A stretch of DNA of 64,000 nt, taken from assembly GCA_964234715.1 (NCBI GenBank), contig OZ174282.1; one strand, given 5' to 3'. The notes below the pieces were generated by a model. It was not told the DNA's origin. It saw only the letters and a list, made by a program, of their open reading frames with translations, and made no database searches. How positions within the stretch are numbered: position 1 is the first letter of the stretch; every line of letters starts with the position of its first letter. Origin of the DNA: Podarcis melisellensis (taxonomy: Eukaryota). A program made the position numbers and the translations under genes. This document shows, piece by piece, positions 1 to 13,246 of the stretch.

Positions 1-410
1 CTGTTCCTTTCCAAATTCAAGGAAGGCTTGTTCTCCAAGAGGTCCTTAAATATCAGTTATGATGAAACAAGGAGTCTCCCACACACTATTCCTCATAGCA
101 TGGAAAGGACCAAGGGGAGGAACTTTACATATCAACTTAACTCTGGAAAGGATGGTTGCATATGAAATATGAACAATTTTTGTGTAAGATGCCAAGCTGG
201 ATTCCCATAATGCTTTGCCCACAAGCAGCTCTTGGAGCAAATCTATTTTCTGCAAATTGCAAATGCCACAAAAGGTGACAACCACAAGGTGATTTTAAAC
301 TACTGGGGGATTCAGTCAAGATCGCCATAGTTCAAACTGTACTACCAGGAGCTCGTGAGAACTTGCCAACATATATAGTGTGAAGGAGGATTGAATTTGA
401 AAACTCCCAC

Positions 411-512
411 CTCTTCTGAGCAGTGCATCTGCAACTGAGGATCTAACCGGTAATCAAGAGCGGATTCCTCAATAATCACGCGAATCTGATCTTCACAGTC
501 GGGAGAGAGACG
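411..512 (-). CDS. GLG1: GLG1 exon 22 (last in window)
   Basis: RLSPDCEDQIRVIIEESALDYRLDPQLQMHCSEE. Confidence 0.97.
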
Positions 513-2518
513 CTGTTTAAGGGTGAGAACAAGAACAGTCATGCCACTGGAGAAGAACCAACATTCACATGTTCCGCAGAGCCTTACTTGCTACCCAGAT
601 GAATGAAGTATAGTTACTGGTTCCCACACCTTTACCTGTGCTCTTGCATAGACTGTGCACATACTGAAACATAAATCCTGCTTGAATCCAGACTTTACCA
701 GTGTTATAGAAAGGCATCCCCTGCCATTAGACAAATGGCTCAGGCAAGTGATTTTCAGTGTAATGAAAATTGCTAGTGATTTAATTTATTATTGTATATT
801 TCCTGCCTGGGAGAGAGGAAGAAGTACTTGTAGGATTTTCTGCCTGGTGTCAAAATAAGTGTTGGCGTTGGGTATTATGACCGGGGGCTGGGGGGGGGGG
901 AGAGATTTTATATTCTGCCTACTGCAGCATATGTATTGGACCAGCCCTTGTTAAGAGAAACTGTCCAGCCTCCTAGCCAAAGTTCTCCAGTCTATCTGCT
1001 TCTCAGATAAACCATAACACTCTGGAACTATTGCAACCTGGATACCCTTTTTTAGCACTATTTGCCAAGTAAATGTTTAAGGAAAAGAGGTGCCTGTTCC
1101 CAAGCAGGAATCTACACGTATCAGAAACCACAACCAATTAATTACAACTCACTTGTGCACATCTAAGTGTTTAGAGACACGTAGCTTCCCTTCATTTATT
1201 TCTGCTGCAGCCTAAGCCCATTAATGATGAACATGTTTCTACTGCAGTTAAAATATGAAGTGGTTCTCCATAGGGGAAGGAGCTAGAGATGGGCAGAGAT
1301 ATGGGTTCACCAGCACTGTGGAAACAAGTCAGCAATGGGGAAACCCCTGCCTCTGACCTGTGCTTATACAGAATCATTAATGCACATTCACCACAAATCT
1401 TAACTAACTTGAGCAATCATGTATTTTTGGTGCATTCTTTAGCACTAAAAAAAATCTCTTAAAGTCAATCTTTGACAGCAGAAGGCAGCTTTGTTTATGG
1501 CTTTTTTCTATAGGGAGAATTCTTCATATAGGAAAACATCAGATGAGGCAGCACTTAGACAAAACCTGCAATTCAATTCAAGATGCAAGAATACAGCAAG
1601 CCAAAGCAATCTGATCAAAGAGGGTAATTATGTGTTACATTCACCACACCAGAAGAAGCTCCATGCAAGTGAGCCTCTGACAGCTGGGAATTCTGAATGC
1701 TTCCAGGGAGATAAGGCAGAGATAAGTCCTCCTTCATTGTTTACCTATGCTCATATTCTGTCTCCTAATATCCCTCAATATATTCACGAGGGAAAAGAGC
1801 AGGGCCATTTAGCTCATAAAGAGATAAGAAAAGCAGAGGAAGGTTACCAGCAGCTCAATGATCACCTCTGCTTTCTGTCTGCAGGTCCAAGAAGAAGCCT
1901 TCTCAACTCTCAGTGGCTGCTTTACACATCACTCCTTTTAACATAATGATCACACCACTTAGGCTGATCAGTGACACCAGATGAATTACCAAAAATTCAC
2001 TGTTCCATAAAATTAGCTAATAACATAATGAATTGTGTGATTTCAATATAGTTACAGCTTTTTCCAAATATAAGTGGTTAACTTTTAGGACTTGATAAAA
2101 TTAATGTTAAACACTCTATTAGTTACAAACATTAAACCATGTATGGAACTGTATGTTTTCAATTGTCCCATCTTAAAATGTTTTATTAAGTGGGTTTTAT
2201 TCATTTTTCTCTCCTAATCAACATTCATTTCAAATGCTTGGTTGCTAGAAAAATTCTTTAGATAGTTATTCAGCATGTAAAATTTACACAGCACACTTTT
2301 TAAATTTTAAGTTAAATAAATGTAACTTTTAAGTTTAGGTTGACTAAATCAGATCACTGGAACAAATTCCCAGAGAACATGTGTAACTGGGCCTAAGCTT
2401 CTGAGACCTGCCTGTATTTTAAACATGCTTGTTGACTGGCACATGCCACATAGCAGAACAAGTCCCTTTGGGGACCTTCTGGCCCTAGGTCCTTGTGAAA
2501 CATATGCCCCTTAGTCAC

Positions 2519-2661
2519 CTGGTCTGCGTATTTCAGCTTCAAGCAGGATATGACCTGCCCTTCAAGCTCAGAATCATCCTTGGCCTTGGTCAGAATGCTC
2601 TGGCAGAACTTGGGGATGTCAGCTTTGCAGGCCTTCCTGAGCACTGGATTCAGGCGGTAGT
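2519..2661 (-). CDS. GLG1: GLG1 exon 21
   Basis: (D)YRLNPVLRKACKADIPKFC...LKLKYADQ; phase 1/0. Confidence 0.97.
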
Positions 2662-4070
2662 CTACGAAGGAAGAAAGGAGCAAAATTAGTCATGAAGAGC
2701 GGCTGCTGGAATAAGGCACCAGCTGCAGAACTGAGCCACTTTTACTAAGCAGTCCAGCACTGGAGTTCTTTCTGTCTGAGTTGCCCATAATGTAGCCAAG
2801 TTGCAAGGCCTTGGCTCTCGGGAAACCAGCTACATACACACAAGGCTCGGCAGATGCCCACAATCCTGTGGGAGCATAGAAAAAAGGAACAAGCTGTGGA
2901 ATTCAGCTTACTTGGTTCCCAGCTCTCATGGTCATGGTTGACCATTAATATGGAGATTGCTCCTGTTTCCCTCCTCCCCTAGTGCAAGCAACAAACCCTG
3001 GCTTAGCATCATATCCACATCAGCAATGTTGTTTGTTCTGCTCAAAGGATGCAAAAGAACAAGGAAGCCAAGAACAAGCTTTAGCTTTACACTATGGTTT
3101 GTTACGGTCACAACAAACTACTATCCCTGATTCATACGTAACATTTAGGTATGGATTGTGGTTTGTAGGTCCTGCTTGTGATAGGGAGGGCATGCCAATG
3201 CTAAATCATTGCCAAGTGTCATGCATGAGGTGATATGAAAGCCTTCCATGGTGGCTATCAACTGATGATGCACACAGGGTTAGGGATATCAAAATTTAAA
3301 GACAACTATCCAAACCACGCTGGTTTCCAACTTTGTTTTGTTCTGCCCAGTATTGCATATAACTAGAGCAGTACAGGGGCTGCTTCCAGGCTGTTCTCAT
3401 AATGTCTGTAGAAATTATCAAAGGGTGGGTGACTGATGTGGTTAACCCGATGCCATGGGAAAATAACCCAGGGGAGGGGGGAAATGGGTGTTCTTAAAAC
3501 TTTTTCCTTTATTCAGCAAAAGCTGAGGAACATACAATCACACCTGAAAACATACATAGTTATAGCATAGCTAAATCTCTGCATTAGGTAGCAATTTTTA
3601 AAAATTCAGGGTTTTTTTCTGAGATCTTTCAGAGATCCTTTTAACTGGAGATGAACTGAACCTGACACTTTTTGTTTGCACAGTATGAACTTTACTACTG
3701 GACTACCATTTCACGTATAGGTATTAACTTAAAATCAGATGTTTTTATAAGACAAATTAAAAAAAAAATCCCACCAGTTTTCAAATAGGAAATGTTGAAT
3801 GGTGAAGGCACAGGGTTGTGCAAGGAGAGGACAAATTATTTTAACACTCAAGAAAAGTTTGCCTTGGAGGGGATTATACCTACAGAATAGTCATAACATT
3901 TATGCCACACAAACAAAGCAAACAAGGCAGTCTAGTCTAGGAAGGCTGAACTTGGGATGCTGCCAGAGCCCTCCCACAGCCTTCCCAAAGCAGGATAAGC
4001 CTGTGATCACAGCTATGCACACATGTGGGGAGGAAATAAATAAATGGAGAGTGGGTTTCCTTGGCTCTCC

Positions 4071-4660
4071 ATTTATTTATTTACCACCCGCCCACAAAGC
4101 TACAATCGTGTAAGTAAAATAAGCATAAAATGTGAGTTACCTGTATAAATAACAACTATAAAATATCATAGCACCAGCCCTTTCCTTAAAAAAGGTCAGT
4201 TCCTAAAAGCCTGTTGGAATACAAAAGTATTCACCTGCTAGCAGAAGGGCAACCAGGAAGGAGCCAGTCTAATGTCTCTGGGAAGAGAGTTTCAATGTCT
4301 GGGTCCTATCTTGTGTGCCCGGCAAACATGCCGTGAGGGTGGTGTGACTGAGTGAAGGACCTCCCCCGAAAATCTCAGGGTCCAGGTAGGTTTGTATGAG
4401 GGAATATGATCTTTCAGATAGCCTGGATCTAATCTGTATAGGGCTTTATAAAGTCATAACTAGCACTTTGAATTGTTCCTGTTAACAGACCAGTAGCCAT
4501 TGGAAATGCTTTAAAAAGGAAATCATTTGCTCCCTATATCTAACCCTGGCCAACAGTCTGGCTGCAGCTCTTTGGGCCAGCTGAAATTTCTGAGCACATT
4601 TTAAAGGCAGCTCCACGTAGAGCACATTACAGTAGTCCAGGATGGGATATAGCAGACATT
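4071..4660 (-). mobile_element. L2-type LINE 3' fragment
   Basis: LDYCNVLYVELPLKCAQKFQLAQRAAARLL..KHFQWLLVC; AT-rich tail. Confidence 0.75.
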
Positions 4661-4730
4661 TCAGGTAATAAAGATTACAGCCCTTAAGTGCAGACCCCAG
4701 GCCCAATTCCAAGAAAACCCCCACCATTAC

Positions 4731-4854
4731 CTGTGTTCTGTGTAATCTGGCGCTTGGTAATCATTTGCTTGCATTTGGGATCCATCATTTCGCTGTTCTT
4801 GTTCTGTTTCAAACACTGCAGCATGTTCTTTGCATCTGCTTCTGGACAGAATCT
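4731..4854 (-). CDS. GLG1: GLG1 exon 20
   Basis: RFCPEADAKNMLQCLKQNKNSEMMDPKCKQMITKRQITQNT(D); phase 0/1. Confidence 0.97.
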
Positions 4855-5933
4855 CTGACAGAGGGAGAGAAAGCACCAACAAGTCAGCAAGGGGAGAGCA
4901 ACAGCACTTCCCATCTTAAGCCAGGACTCTTGTTGCCTGAATGCAAAGTGCTGAAGAGGCAAAAGTCAGGCCTCACTGCACTTCCAGGCCAACCCAGAGG
5001 TTGCTTGGCATGGAATGAATTCTTAAAAGGTGTTGTGTTAATACCCGTGCCCATTAATGTCAGGAGAGGTGGTGGGAACGGCACCTCTAAATCAATGTAC
5101 TTTTGCAGAGAAAGTTTAGAAACACACTGAACCAAGAACAGGACAGGAAGATGGGAAAAGTGGGGCTTCGCTCAGCTATAATTCCACATGAGCCTCTTGC
5201 TGGTCTGAGTAGTGTGAAGAGAAATCAAAGAGCCGCTGCACTTCCAAGAGCTTTTTTGCTGTATCCCCCTTAGTATCAGAACTTTAGGGCATGCACCTGC
5301 CTTAAGTTCTGAGAAAGACTGAAGTTCTACAGAAGTTACAGCAGAGGAGAGAGAAAAAGCTTGCCCCTCAACCAAGGTCTGACACTTTGCCATTTCAGTT
5401 TTACTTCTCTGATCTTTCACCAGATATGCTTGAATATTTGGTAGAAGATTAGAATATGGTTGAATATCAACTGCATATTCACAGCTAGGTATTTAAAAAT
5501 ATATACTTGAGGGCAGGAGATGTTTTAAGATTAGAACCGTTTGAATCTTTCCAGAATGAAGAGTCAAGCTTGTACACTAAAAATTGTCAGATTTGGTTTG
5601 CACCATAGAATATTGTGAATATTAACAAATCATCCCATGCCATGCAGAAATGGCCTCTGGGTGTGTGTACAAGATGGGCCAATTCCCAATGCAAGATTTT
5701 GCCTTTGCAGACAAATAAATATGGAAATCAACAAAACTGAGAAGTCTTCATGAGCAGCAGCAGGCAGAAACCCAGTTTAAACATCCAAAAATCTTCCTAC
5801 AAAAATCCATGTGGATTCCTATTTCAAGGCAATGTCAGCTACATATACTCTTGCATGGAGAGAAAATGTTACACTGAAAGCAACATGATGTGGCCTGATT
5901 CTAAACCTCTCCTCATCAACCAGCCACCCTTAC

Positions 5934-6071
5934 CTTGATCATTTGCTTGCAAACACGCATGAGAGTATAATCCAGTTCTGGATCCATCATCTCCGTCTCC
6001 TGGAGTTTGAAGACTTTCTGATGGCAGCGAGTGCTGAGTTGCTTCTTGTTTTCCTTAAGACACTCAATAAT
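5934..6071 (-). CDS. GLG1: GLG1 exon 19
   Basis: IIECLKENKKQLSTRCHQKVFKLQETEMMDPELDYTLMRVCKQMIK. Confidence 0.96.
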
Positions 6072-6739
6072 CTGCAGTTAAATAAATAGAACATCTCAAG
6101 GGTAACTGGACGCTAGATGGCAGCATTGCTAATCTGGGAGTAAGTAAATGACTCAAAGGCTTTAAAATAACAAAGCAAAGGCTATGGAACAAAATAGCCA
6201 AACCCCTGCATTATTTTAAGCAGCACCTCATCTAAAACAGGAGCAATAGTGGCACTGAGGAGGTCTCACCCACAGCACATTTTGGGTGAAGTATTCGAAG
6301 GAGGATGCTAAATTGAGGAGGGTTTAGAAGTACCAAAATAAATTATATTAAAAACCAACTCATAAGATGGAAGTCACTGTGTTCACTTAGCCTTGGGGGG
6401 GGGGGGGAAGGTTTAGTGGCTGAAAGTTCAACTCATCGAGTAAAAGCTCTTTCTTCAACAGTCAACCTGGTAGTTTCAATGTAAACTGGCCTCCTTTGGA
6501 AGGGTGGGATATTTTGTAGCCACTGACTAAGGAAGAGCTAGAGGAAAATTGAGCCCATGGAGAAGTGCTCTGTCGTGCTGGAGAAACACTTGCCAGTGGT
6601 GCTTAGGAAGTTGATCAGCCCATCCAGTGGACTTGGCTGTGAGTCAGAGTACAAGCAAAAGGTTTGTAAATCAAAGCAGACTGAAATGGGCTTTGATGCA
6701 GAATGTATTCCGGTCAAAGCCTTTCTTGCTAGGCAGAAA

Positions 6740-6743
<4 letters not shown>

Positions 6744-6795
<52 letters not shown>
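6744..6795. repeat. (GA)26 microsatellite
   Basis: Direct reading. Confidence 0.97.
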
Positions 6796-6797
<2 letters not shown>

Positions 6798-6813
6798 TGA
6801 AAAGGCAGATCAC

Positions 6814-6906
6814 CTGAGCATTGCCATAGGGGACGTTCTGGCAGTAGTCCCTGATGTCCGATTTGCAGGCCTCATGAAGGTCTGGTTCCAGGCGGATATC
6901 CTCAGT
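6814..6906 (-). CDS. GLG1: GLG1 exon 18
   Basis: TEDIRLEPDLHEACKSDIRDYCQNVPYGNAQ. Confidence 0.97.
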
Positions 6907-7079
6907 CTGCAAGATGAATCACATTGAAAAAGGATTCAGACTCAAAGGGAAGGTGGAAAGCTTGAACATCCAAAGCAAACAAAACCAATTAAAAATGTAA
7001 AAAGCCCAGGAGAGAACCAAGTGTTTATCTTCTAACTAGGAAGCTTTCTGCAGGCAACCATCAGCACTCTTGAGGTTAT

Positions 7080-7660
7080 ATATTTATTTAATAGGATCTC
7101 TTTACTCATTCTTCTTCACCCTCATGCTGCACAGTGGATTATAACAATAATATAAATTTATAAAGCTGTTATAATTATAAAGCAAGCAAAACCTTTCCAA
7201 GTGGAACAGAACGCTTTAAATTCAGCAAAAGAGGACCCACAAAACAAAGGCCAGGATGAAAGAGATATGTCTTCAGCTATGCGATGAAGATGCTAGAGAT
7301 ACTTCTGTAGGGAGGGACTTCCGCAATGTAGGGGCTGTCACAGAGAAAACCCTCTCCCAGGCTGCCATTCCCTCAACTTCTGAGGGTGGCGGAACTACCC
7401 TCTACAGGTCTGAACACCCTTGAACAGCTTTTCTCAACCTTGGGTCCCTAGATTTTGTTGGACTACAACTCCCATCACTCCTAGCCAGCATGGCCAGTGG
7501 TCAGGGATGATGAGAATTGTAGTTCAAGAACATCTGAAGATCCAGGGTTGAGAAAAGCTGCCCAAGAAGGTCGACTGGGAAGAGGAAGTCTTTCAGCTAT
7601 TTGAGGCCAAAGCTATGAATCAAAATATAACACACTTGTGCAATGCAGTCTTCAGTTTGG
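7080..7660 (-). mobile_element. Old L2-type LINE 3' fragment with a nested hAT MITE
   Basis: Similarity to the other L2 3' ends in the window; boundaries approximate. Confidence 0.5.
7425..7560. mobile_element. hAT-type MITE
   Basis: TIRs CAGCTTTTCTCAACC / GGTTGAGAAAAGCTG; degenerate 8-bp TSD CCCTTGAA/CCCAAGAA; related remnants near 10111-10180, 18617-18735 and 40897-40946. Confidence 0.8.
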
Positions 7661-7694
7661 CTGCCCAGGAGAGCTCTGGAAAAAATCCCTTAAA

Positions 7695-7760
<66 letters not shown>
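7695..7760. repeat. (AC)8(AG)25 compound microsatellite
   Basis: Direct reading. Confidence 0.97.
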
Positions 7761-7765
<5 letters not shown>

Positions 7766-8056
7766 GCTTGCAGTTCTATTGGTCCAAGGGAGCTGGTTGA
7801 ACAAGACTCTAAAACCCCAACAGCTGGGGCTGGCTTTGGCTCAGCAAAAACTGCCTTCTTGTGGCAAGGTGCCAGGAAAAGCCAACGTTTGCAAAGAAGC
7901 CTGCTATAAGCCCAATTTAGAATATAAGAAATGGTAATTAGAGAGAAGGAAACTAGCGCTGAGGGGCAGCCAAATATTTTCAGGGTAGCGCAAGCTGATG
8001 CAACCCTCCACAGAAGCCTTTGCAAAGCCTCAGAATAACAAGAGGGCAACTTTTAC

Positions 8057-8174
8057 CATTTCCAGCTCCTCAACACGTAGCTGCTTGCGGCACTTCATGG
8101 AGACCTGGTGCTCCTTTGCATCTCTCAGCGTGTCGTTGCGTACAATGGTGCTCAGGCAGATCACCACATCCACC
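8057..8174 (-). CDS. GLG1: GLG1 exon 17
   Basis: VDVVICLSTIVRNDTLRDAKEHQVSMKCRKQLRVEELEM; phase 2/0. Confidence 0.97.
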
Positions 8175-8312
8175 CTGAAGAGGACAGAAGCGTTATAACA
8201 CCAGGCTATCTTGGTGTAAAACTCTTGGGTATCACCCACTTTCTGATTAAGAGACAAAAGTTTCTCTAGCATTCAAAAGCCATGAGGCCAAATTTCTGAC
8301 ACACACACATAC

Positions 8313-8401
8313 TTTTTCTTGATGTTGGGGCACAGCTTCAGGACATCCTCTTTGCAGGCCATTTTAAATTTGTAGGAGAATCTGAAATCTTTCATCTGAA
8401 C
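8313..8401 (-). CDS. GLG1: GLG1 exon 16
   Basis: VQMKDFRFSYKFKMACKEDVLKLCPNIKK(K); phase 0/2. Confidence 0.96.
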
Positions 8402-8822
8402 CTAAAGAAAGAAAAACAAACAGGCTCCTCTCAAGGTCAGGCACAGGAAGTCTTTCAAAGAATATCTGCTACCGCAGCCCCAGTCAATGGTATCTCTCTG
8501 CCCTGCTTCTTGCCTTGCCACCTTTGAGCAATGCCCATCCAAATCACTATGGGCCCAACTACATGCACTGCCTGCCTCCAACTGCAGAATGAGAATGGCA
8601 GATTTGGAAGTAACGTGGTTAAAGGAACAAAGTAGTGAACATCCGGAAGCTTATTTGTGGCAAATAAGCCAAGGCAGCACTGAAAAGGGGACTATGCCAT
8701 AACAGTTCAAATTCCAGCAGACAGGAAAATGCCTTTGGCCTTCCAGAGCAAAAAGGGATAATGGCTGTCTGGCTCCCAGACTCAGTCAAACTAGGGGATG
8801 CTGGAGAACCAGCCACACTCAC

Positions 8823-8936
8823 CAGCTGGAAGTGTGTGACTCCAATTGCACACTTTTCATTCATCTCCTTCTGGTGTTTGTTCTGAATGAGGCACTCCAT
8901 GAGGTCTCCTGAGTCAATCTGGTTGTCTGCCACTTC
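8823..8936 (-). CDS. GLG1: GLG1 exon 15
   Basis: EVADNQIDSGDLMECLIQNKHQKEMNEKCAIGVTHFQL. Confidence 0.97.
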
Positions 8937-9815
8937 CTGAATGGGATATTGGGGGGGATGGGACAGACAGACAGACTAATGACAACCTGTCAGGAACTAA
9001 CTCCCTTCCTGGAAGTCTCTGTACCTCAGTCGAGGAAGCAACAGGACCCATGATTTAAAGCTGGAGAAGGTAATTGCACCTCTCTGGCTTACATTTGAAA
9101 CCTGATTGTTAAAATGACTAGTCAGGGCCTGTTAGCCCCAGAGCTCTCAAGTTGCTTTACAGCTGCACATGCCCCCACTGGACCCAAAAATGCAACACAA
9201 TCTATTAAATGCTATAAACACATTTTGCAATTTAACTACGGCTGGTATGCCAGAGATATACAAAGACTATGCAACAATAGCTGAATTCTACATACTCGCT
9301 CCTACTCTGTATAATTTATTCTGGTTTTGTGCACGATGAGCATCAATAAACTAACAATGAAAAGTCCTGCACATGACTACTGGAAATTGTTTCACCCACC
9401 CTTTATATTCAGATATTTCAGCAGGCACCAGCTAAAGAGTTTCAAGCGAAACCAGATATTTGCTTTTAAAAAATGGAAGAAGAAAAAGGCCAGAAAACTG
9501 AATTACCAATGTCCCATTCTGTGCACCAATGGAATCACAGCACACATGCAGTCTTGCACCTGCTTGCTATGACTTTTGGGTATCCAAACCAGCACTGTAA
9601 TTAAGGCTAAGTTCTGAGCAGGGAACTGGGGATGCAAGAAGGCTGGTTGTGCCCTTGAGAATTATGGACATTCCAGCAAGGTATGCTTAACATGAAGGGG
9701 GAACTACAAGGCATGCACATGGCTATGGTCTTCCTCCCCTCAACTGATACTAATGGAGGAACTCCACACTCAATCCTTATCCAAATTAGAACAAGTATGA
9801 GTAAGAGTTACTTAC

Positions 9816-9878
9816 ATGGCAGAAGGTCTGGATAATTGGCTCACATGCTCGCATCATCAAGGCTTCTATCTGAATATC
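9816..9878 (-). CDS. GLG1: GLG1 exon 14
   Basis: DIQIEALMMRACEPIIQTFCH. Confidence 0.96.
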
Positions 9879-10289
9879 CTACAAGAGGGAGAGAGAAAGC
9901 AATAAGTCCACCCAAGGCCACACCCAGTTTTTCTGACAGTTCACACTGTTGCTCATGCTATGTTTGTACATCAGAGTGGGAAAGTCTCCTGGGATGTGAG
10001 CATCCCTAGAGACAAGCTAGGAAGACTTCTGTTGACAAGAACAGCTACTGTAAGAAGTCATTGAGAGCAGGAACAGGTTGCAAAAAATATCGCTTGAAGC
10101 AGCTTTTCCAGCTGTGCTGGCCGAGGGTGATGAGAGGTGAAGCCCAAAGCATCTGGAGGGGGCCAGGGTGGGGAAGGCTGCCTTAAAGTTTGCTGCCCCA
10201 AATAAAAGCTAACTAGAGTTGACCAAAACACAGCCATTTTAAGGAAATGATACCTGCCATAGAAAGGCACAACTTTTACACATACAGCT

Positions 10290-10291
10290 GA

Positions 10292-10351
<60 letters not shown>
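10290..10351. repeat. (GAAA)15 microsatellite
   Basis: Direct reading. Confidence 0.97.
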
Positions 10352-10585
10352 CTCATTTACATGAATACTCCTTCTTTCTAATGATATCAGGCTTGAGTTA
10401 CTTTATCTGGACAACCAATTAAGATCTGATACTTTACCTTCTTTCTTCGATGACTCAAATACATGAAAATGGCACCCTTTTGAAGATACTTGGGAGGGCA
10501 ACCCACAAATCAGCACGCCATTCACATGGTGCAAGTCTAACAACTACAATACTGGAGCTTTCCCTTCCAGACAAAGCTTACTTAC

Positions 10586-10672
10586 TTCAGACTCCAGCTC
10601 TGTAAGGTTTCCAACAATGTCTCTGCATTCAGCCGCCAAGTCATCCAGATGGTCCTGGAGACATTCAAGTTC
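10586..10672 (-). CDS. GLG1: GLG1 exon 13
   Basis: ELECLQDHLDDLAAECRDIVGNLTELESE. Confidence 0.96.
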
Positions 10673-11169
10673 CTAAAGGGGACACAAAGAATCTTAACAC
10701 AGAACAAATGGGTTCATCTCATTAATCCCTTGAAAGCCACCCAAATGCACCTTGCTATGTCTCTGGGACATCTTTCGTTTCACCCCAACCAACACCACAC
10801 TTCTGCTATGGACTTTAAAAGTGGTGTTTAGTGACACTGCAATGCAACATAACCCCTGGGATCAGCAAGTCACCACTCCAGGTTGCTCTAGGTTGGATAA
10901 ATTGGGACAAACAATGCTTTGCTTTCTCCTGATGCACACATGGGTTTAGTGCCTTCCCTTCACTAATTAAACTAAATCGAAGCACAAAACGCAATACAGA
11001 AACTTTTAAATTTAGTAAATTTTTAAATACAGAAACATTAAAATTTAGTAAATTTCAGAAATGTTTATGAAGAAATAGCAGAACCAGGGCATTTAAAGTG
11101 AATGTGTTTTGCTTTCTAACTTATACAACAATTTCAACATGAGATTATTGGTTTAAATTTTTGAGATAC

Positions 11170-11307
11170 CTGTCCAGTCTCTGTTTTCTCACTGCACCAC
11201 TTCCCCAGATCTATCATGCACTTGTCCTGGAGAGCTGGATCCAGTTTTACATCCAAGGCACGCTGGTGTAGAATTCGTTGTACTTCTGCCCTGCATTCCC
11301 GGGATAG
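11170..11307 (-). CDS. GLG1: GLG1 exon 12
   Basis: LSRECRAEVQRILHQR...SEKTETGQ. Confidence 0.97.
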
Positions 11308-12929
11308 CTGCCAAGAACAAGTGTACAAATTTGTTCCAGATGAACAACCTCAACTGCTCAGATCTGGGAAGGAAGGTGCTCTTTCCAGCATTAGTAAAAG
11401 TAAAGTTCTCTTTATGCTATGCTTGGTCACCTCCCACACAGGCCCAGAGCAAGCCTCCCATGCAGGCCCCTCCCCTCATATTTTTTAACCTTCCCTGCAG
11501 CTTAGGTGGACAAGTCCCCACATCCAGACAGAAGGTGTTTAATTGAAGGACAAGTCTAAACAAGTTGTCAAAAAGTGAACAAGATACCGTGGCATCACGT
11601 GTGTGGAGGGGCTGGCTTGCTGTTTAAGAGAAGAAGCCAATAAAATACAGACAAACAAGCCTAGTACTAGATTGGTAGGGATAACCTCAAATCTCCAGGC
11701 TAGCAGAAGTCAGAAGGATCTGCTAGAGCATGGCAAGGACTCTTTGGGGATTTAAAATTCTTGGTACTCTGAAAACGGTGCCAGGGACAGGCAGCTGTGC
11801 ATGGCATCCTGCACAGATTTTACTACTGAAACCTAAAAACTAATTAGACATAGCAAGTGGAGACCCACCATAATTCATGTTGGCAGAAAAAGAAGGCAGA
11901 AAAAAAGGAGCAAGGCACTACTCCATTTTTCTCCCCCACAGGGAGAATGACTTGCAGAGCAACTGAGCAGCTGCCAAGTCTGTTCAACAGTTCTTTCCTG
12001 AGCAGGCACACAGCTGCAACCAGCCACCTTCTTCCTTCAGAAGGTGGGAAGGGGAAAAGGTATGTGGGTATCACTTAGGCTGCAGAAGAAGAGGCAGCAG
12101 ACTGTCCTCTCCTCCCCAGCTTAAGTTTATAAACTAGAATACAAGGCCAGGAAGTCATGCAGTGCACCTTTTTCAAGGTTTCACTATTTCAGGCTGTGGT
12201 GGGAGATGATGTTTGAGAACTCCCCACTTCTCCCCAACATGCTAGTTCTGCCTGTGGAGAAAGTTTACATGAGGGAAGCATTCACACATGGACTCCCTTT
12301 TTCTTCCCACAGCCCCTGAGTCTGAAATGACTCAACCCAGCAAAAACTGCACTCACACGAATTCCTGATTATGCAGCTCAGCTCATCACCAACCACATTC
12401 TAATTACCACCTACAGGATACTGATTATCTGTCTGGTGGTCACAACTTCACCAGCCATTCATGCAACAAGCCACCTATTTTGTTTCTCCACCCTTCATAT
12501 GAAGAGATTTCCCACTATATTCAGCACTGACCTCAGCTACAAAAAGCAGAGGCAAGACCACATGCCTTAGCTACAAAAGTGTTTCCTGAGGCTTCTTCCT
12601 AAAGGGTTTTAGGAGAATTCCTGCACGCCTGTTTGAGTCTCCAGAGGCTCAAACATTAAACCCCAATATCATAGGGTTAAAAGAGATGCACAGGGGGTCT
12701 CCATTTGTTATACCTACTTAGTTATCGCAAAGCATCCAGGTGACCTGTAGAGTGGACTATAGTTGGCTTGCCTCCATGCTTTTCCCCAGTATCACCTGCT
12801 CAGTTTCTCTGCTGCCTTAAGAGATATTCAAAGCTTACATTTGAAGCCACAGATAAACTAGCACATGCCCCCAAATCACATTCATTTTCCAATAAAGGAG
12901 GACTGCTATAGCAACTGACTGGTGCCTAC

Positions 12930-13083
12930 CCTCCTCCCCTGTTCCTCTGTACGATAGGCATGTCTGTACAGGCAGGAGAAGATGGCCCCAGGAGGAATCA
13001 TCTCACTCGTCTCATTCCAGCCGCGTGTATGGCAAAGTCGGGATGCATCTCCCTGGCACTTGCGGTAGAGCACAAGATCCAGT
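12930..13083 (-). CDS. GLG1: GLG1 exon 11
   Basis: LDLVLYRKCQGDASRLCHTRGWNETSEMIPPGAIFSCLYRHAYRTEEQGRR; phase 2/0. Confidence 0.96.
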
Positions 13084-13246
13084 CTGTCAAAGTAGAAGAA
13101 TCAGTGAAGCCACCATGAGGTTCTAAAATGCCCTTTCTTCACACACCTAAGATTAACAGCATTTCACTTCAACACAACATTTCACCTCTAGAATGTAGTA
13201 AATCAGAAATGAAAACCTTAATAGGTGCAATTTCCATTTAGCCATA

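Noticed and set aside
1491-1946. 151-aa plus-strand ORF in GLG1 intron 21
   Set aside because: Non-ATG ORF start, no recognisable homology or exon signals; length is plausible by chance
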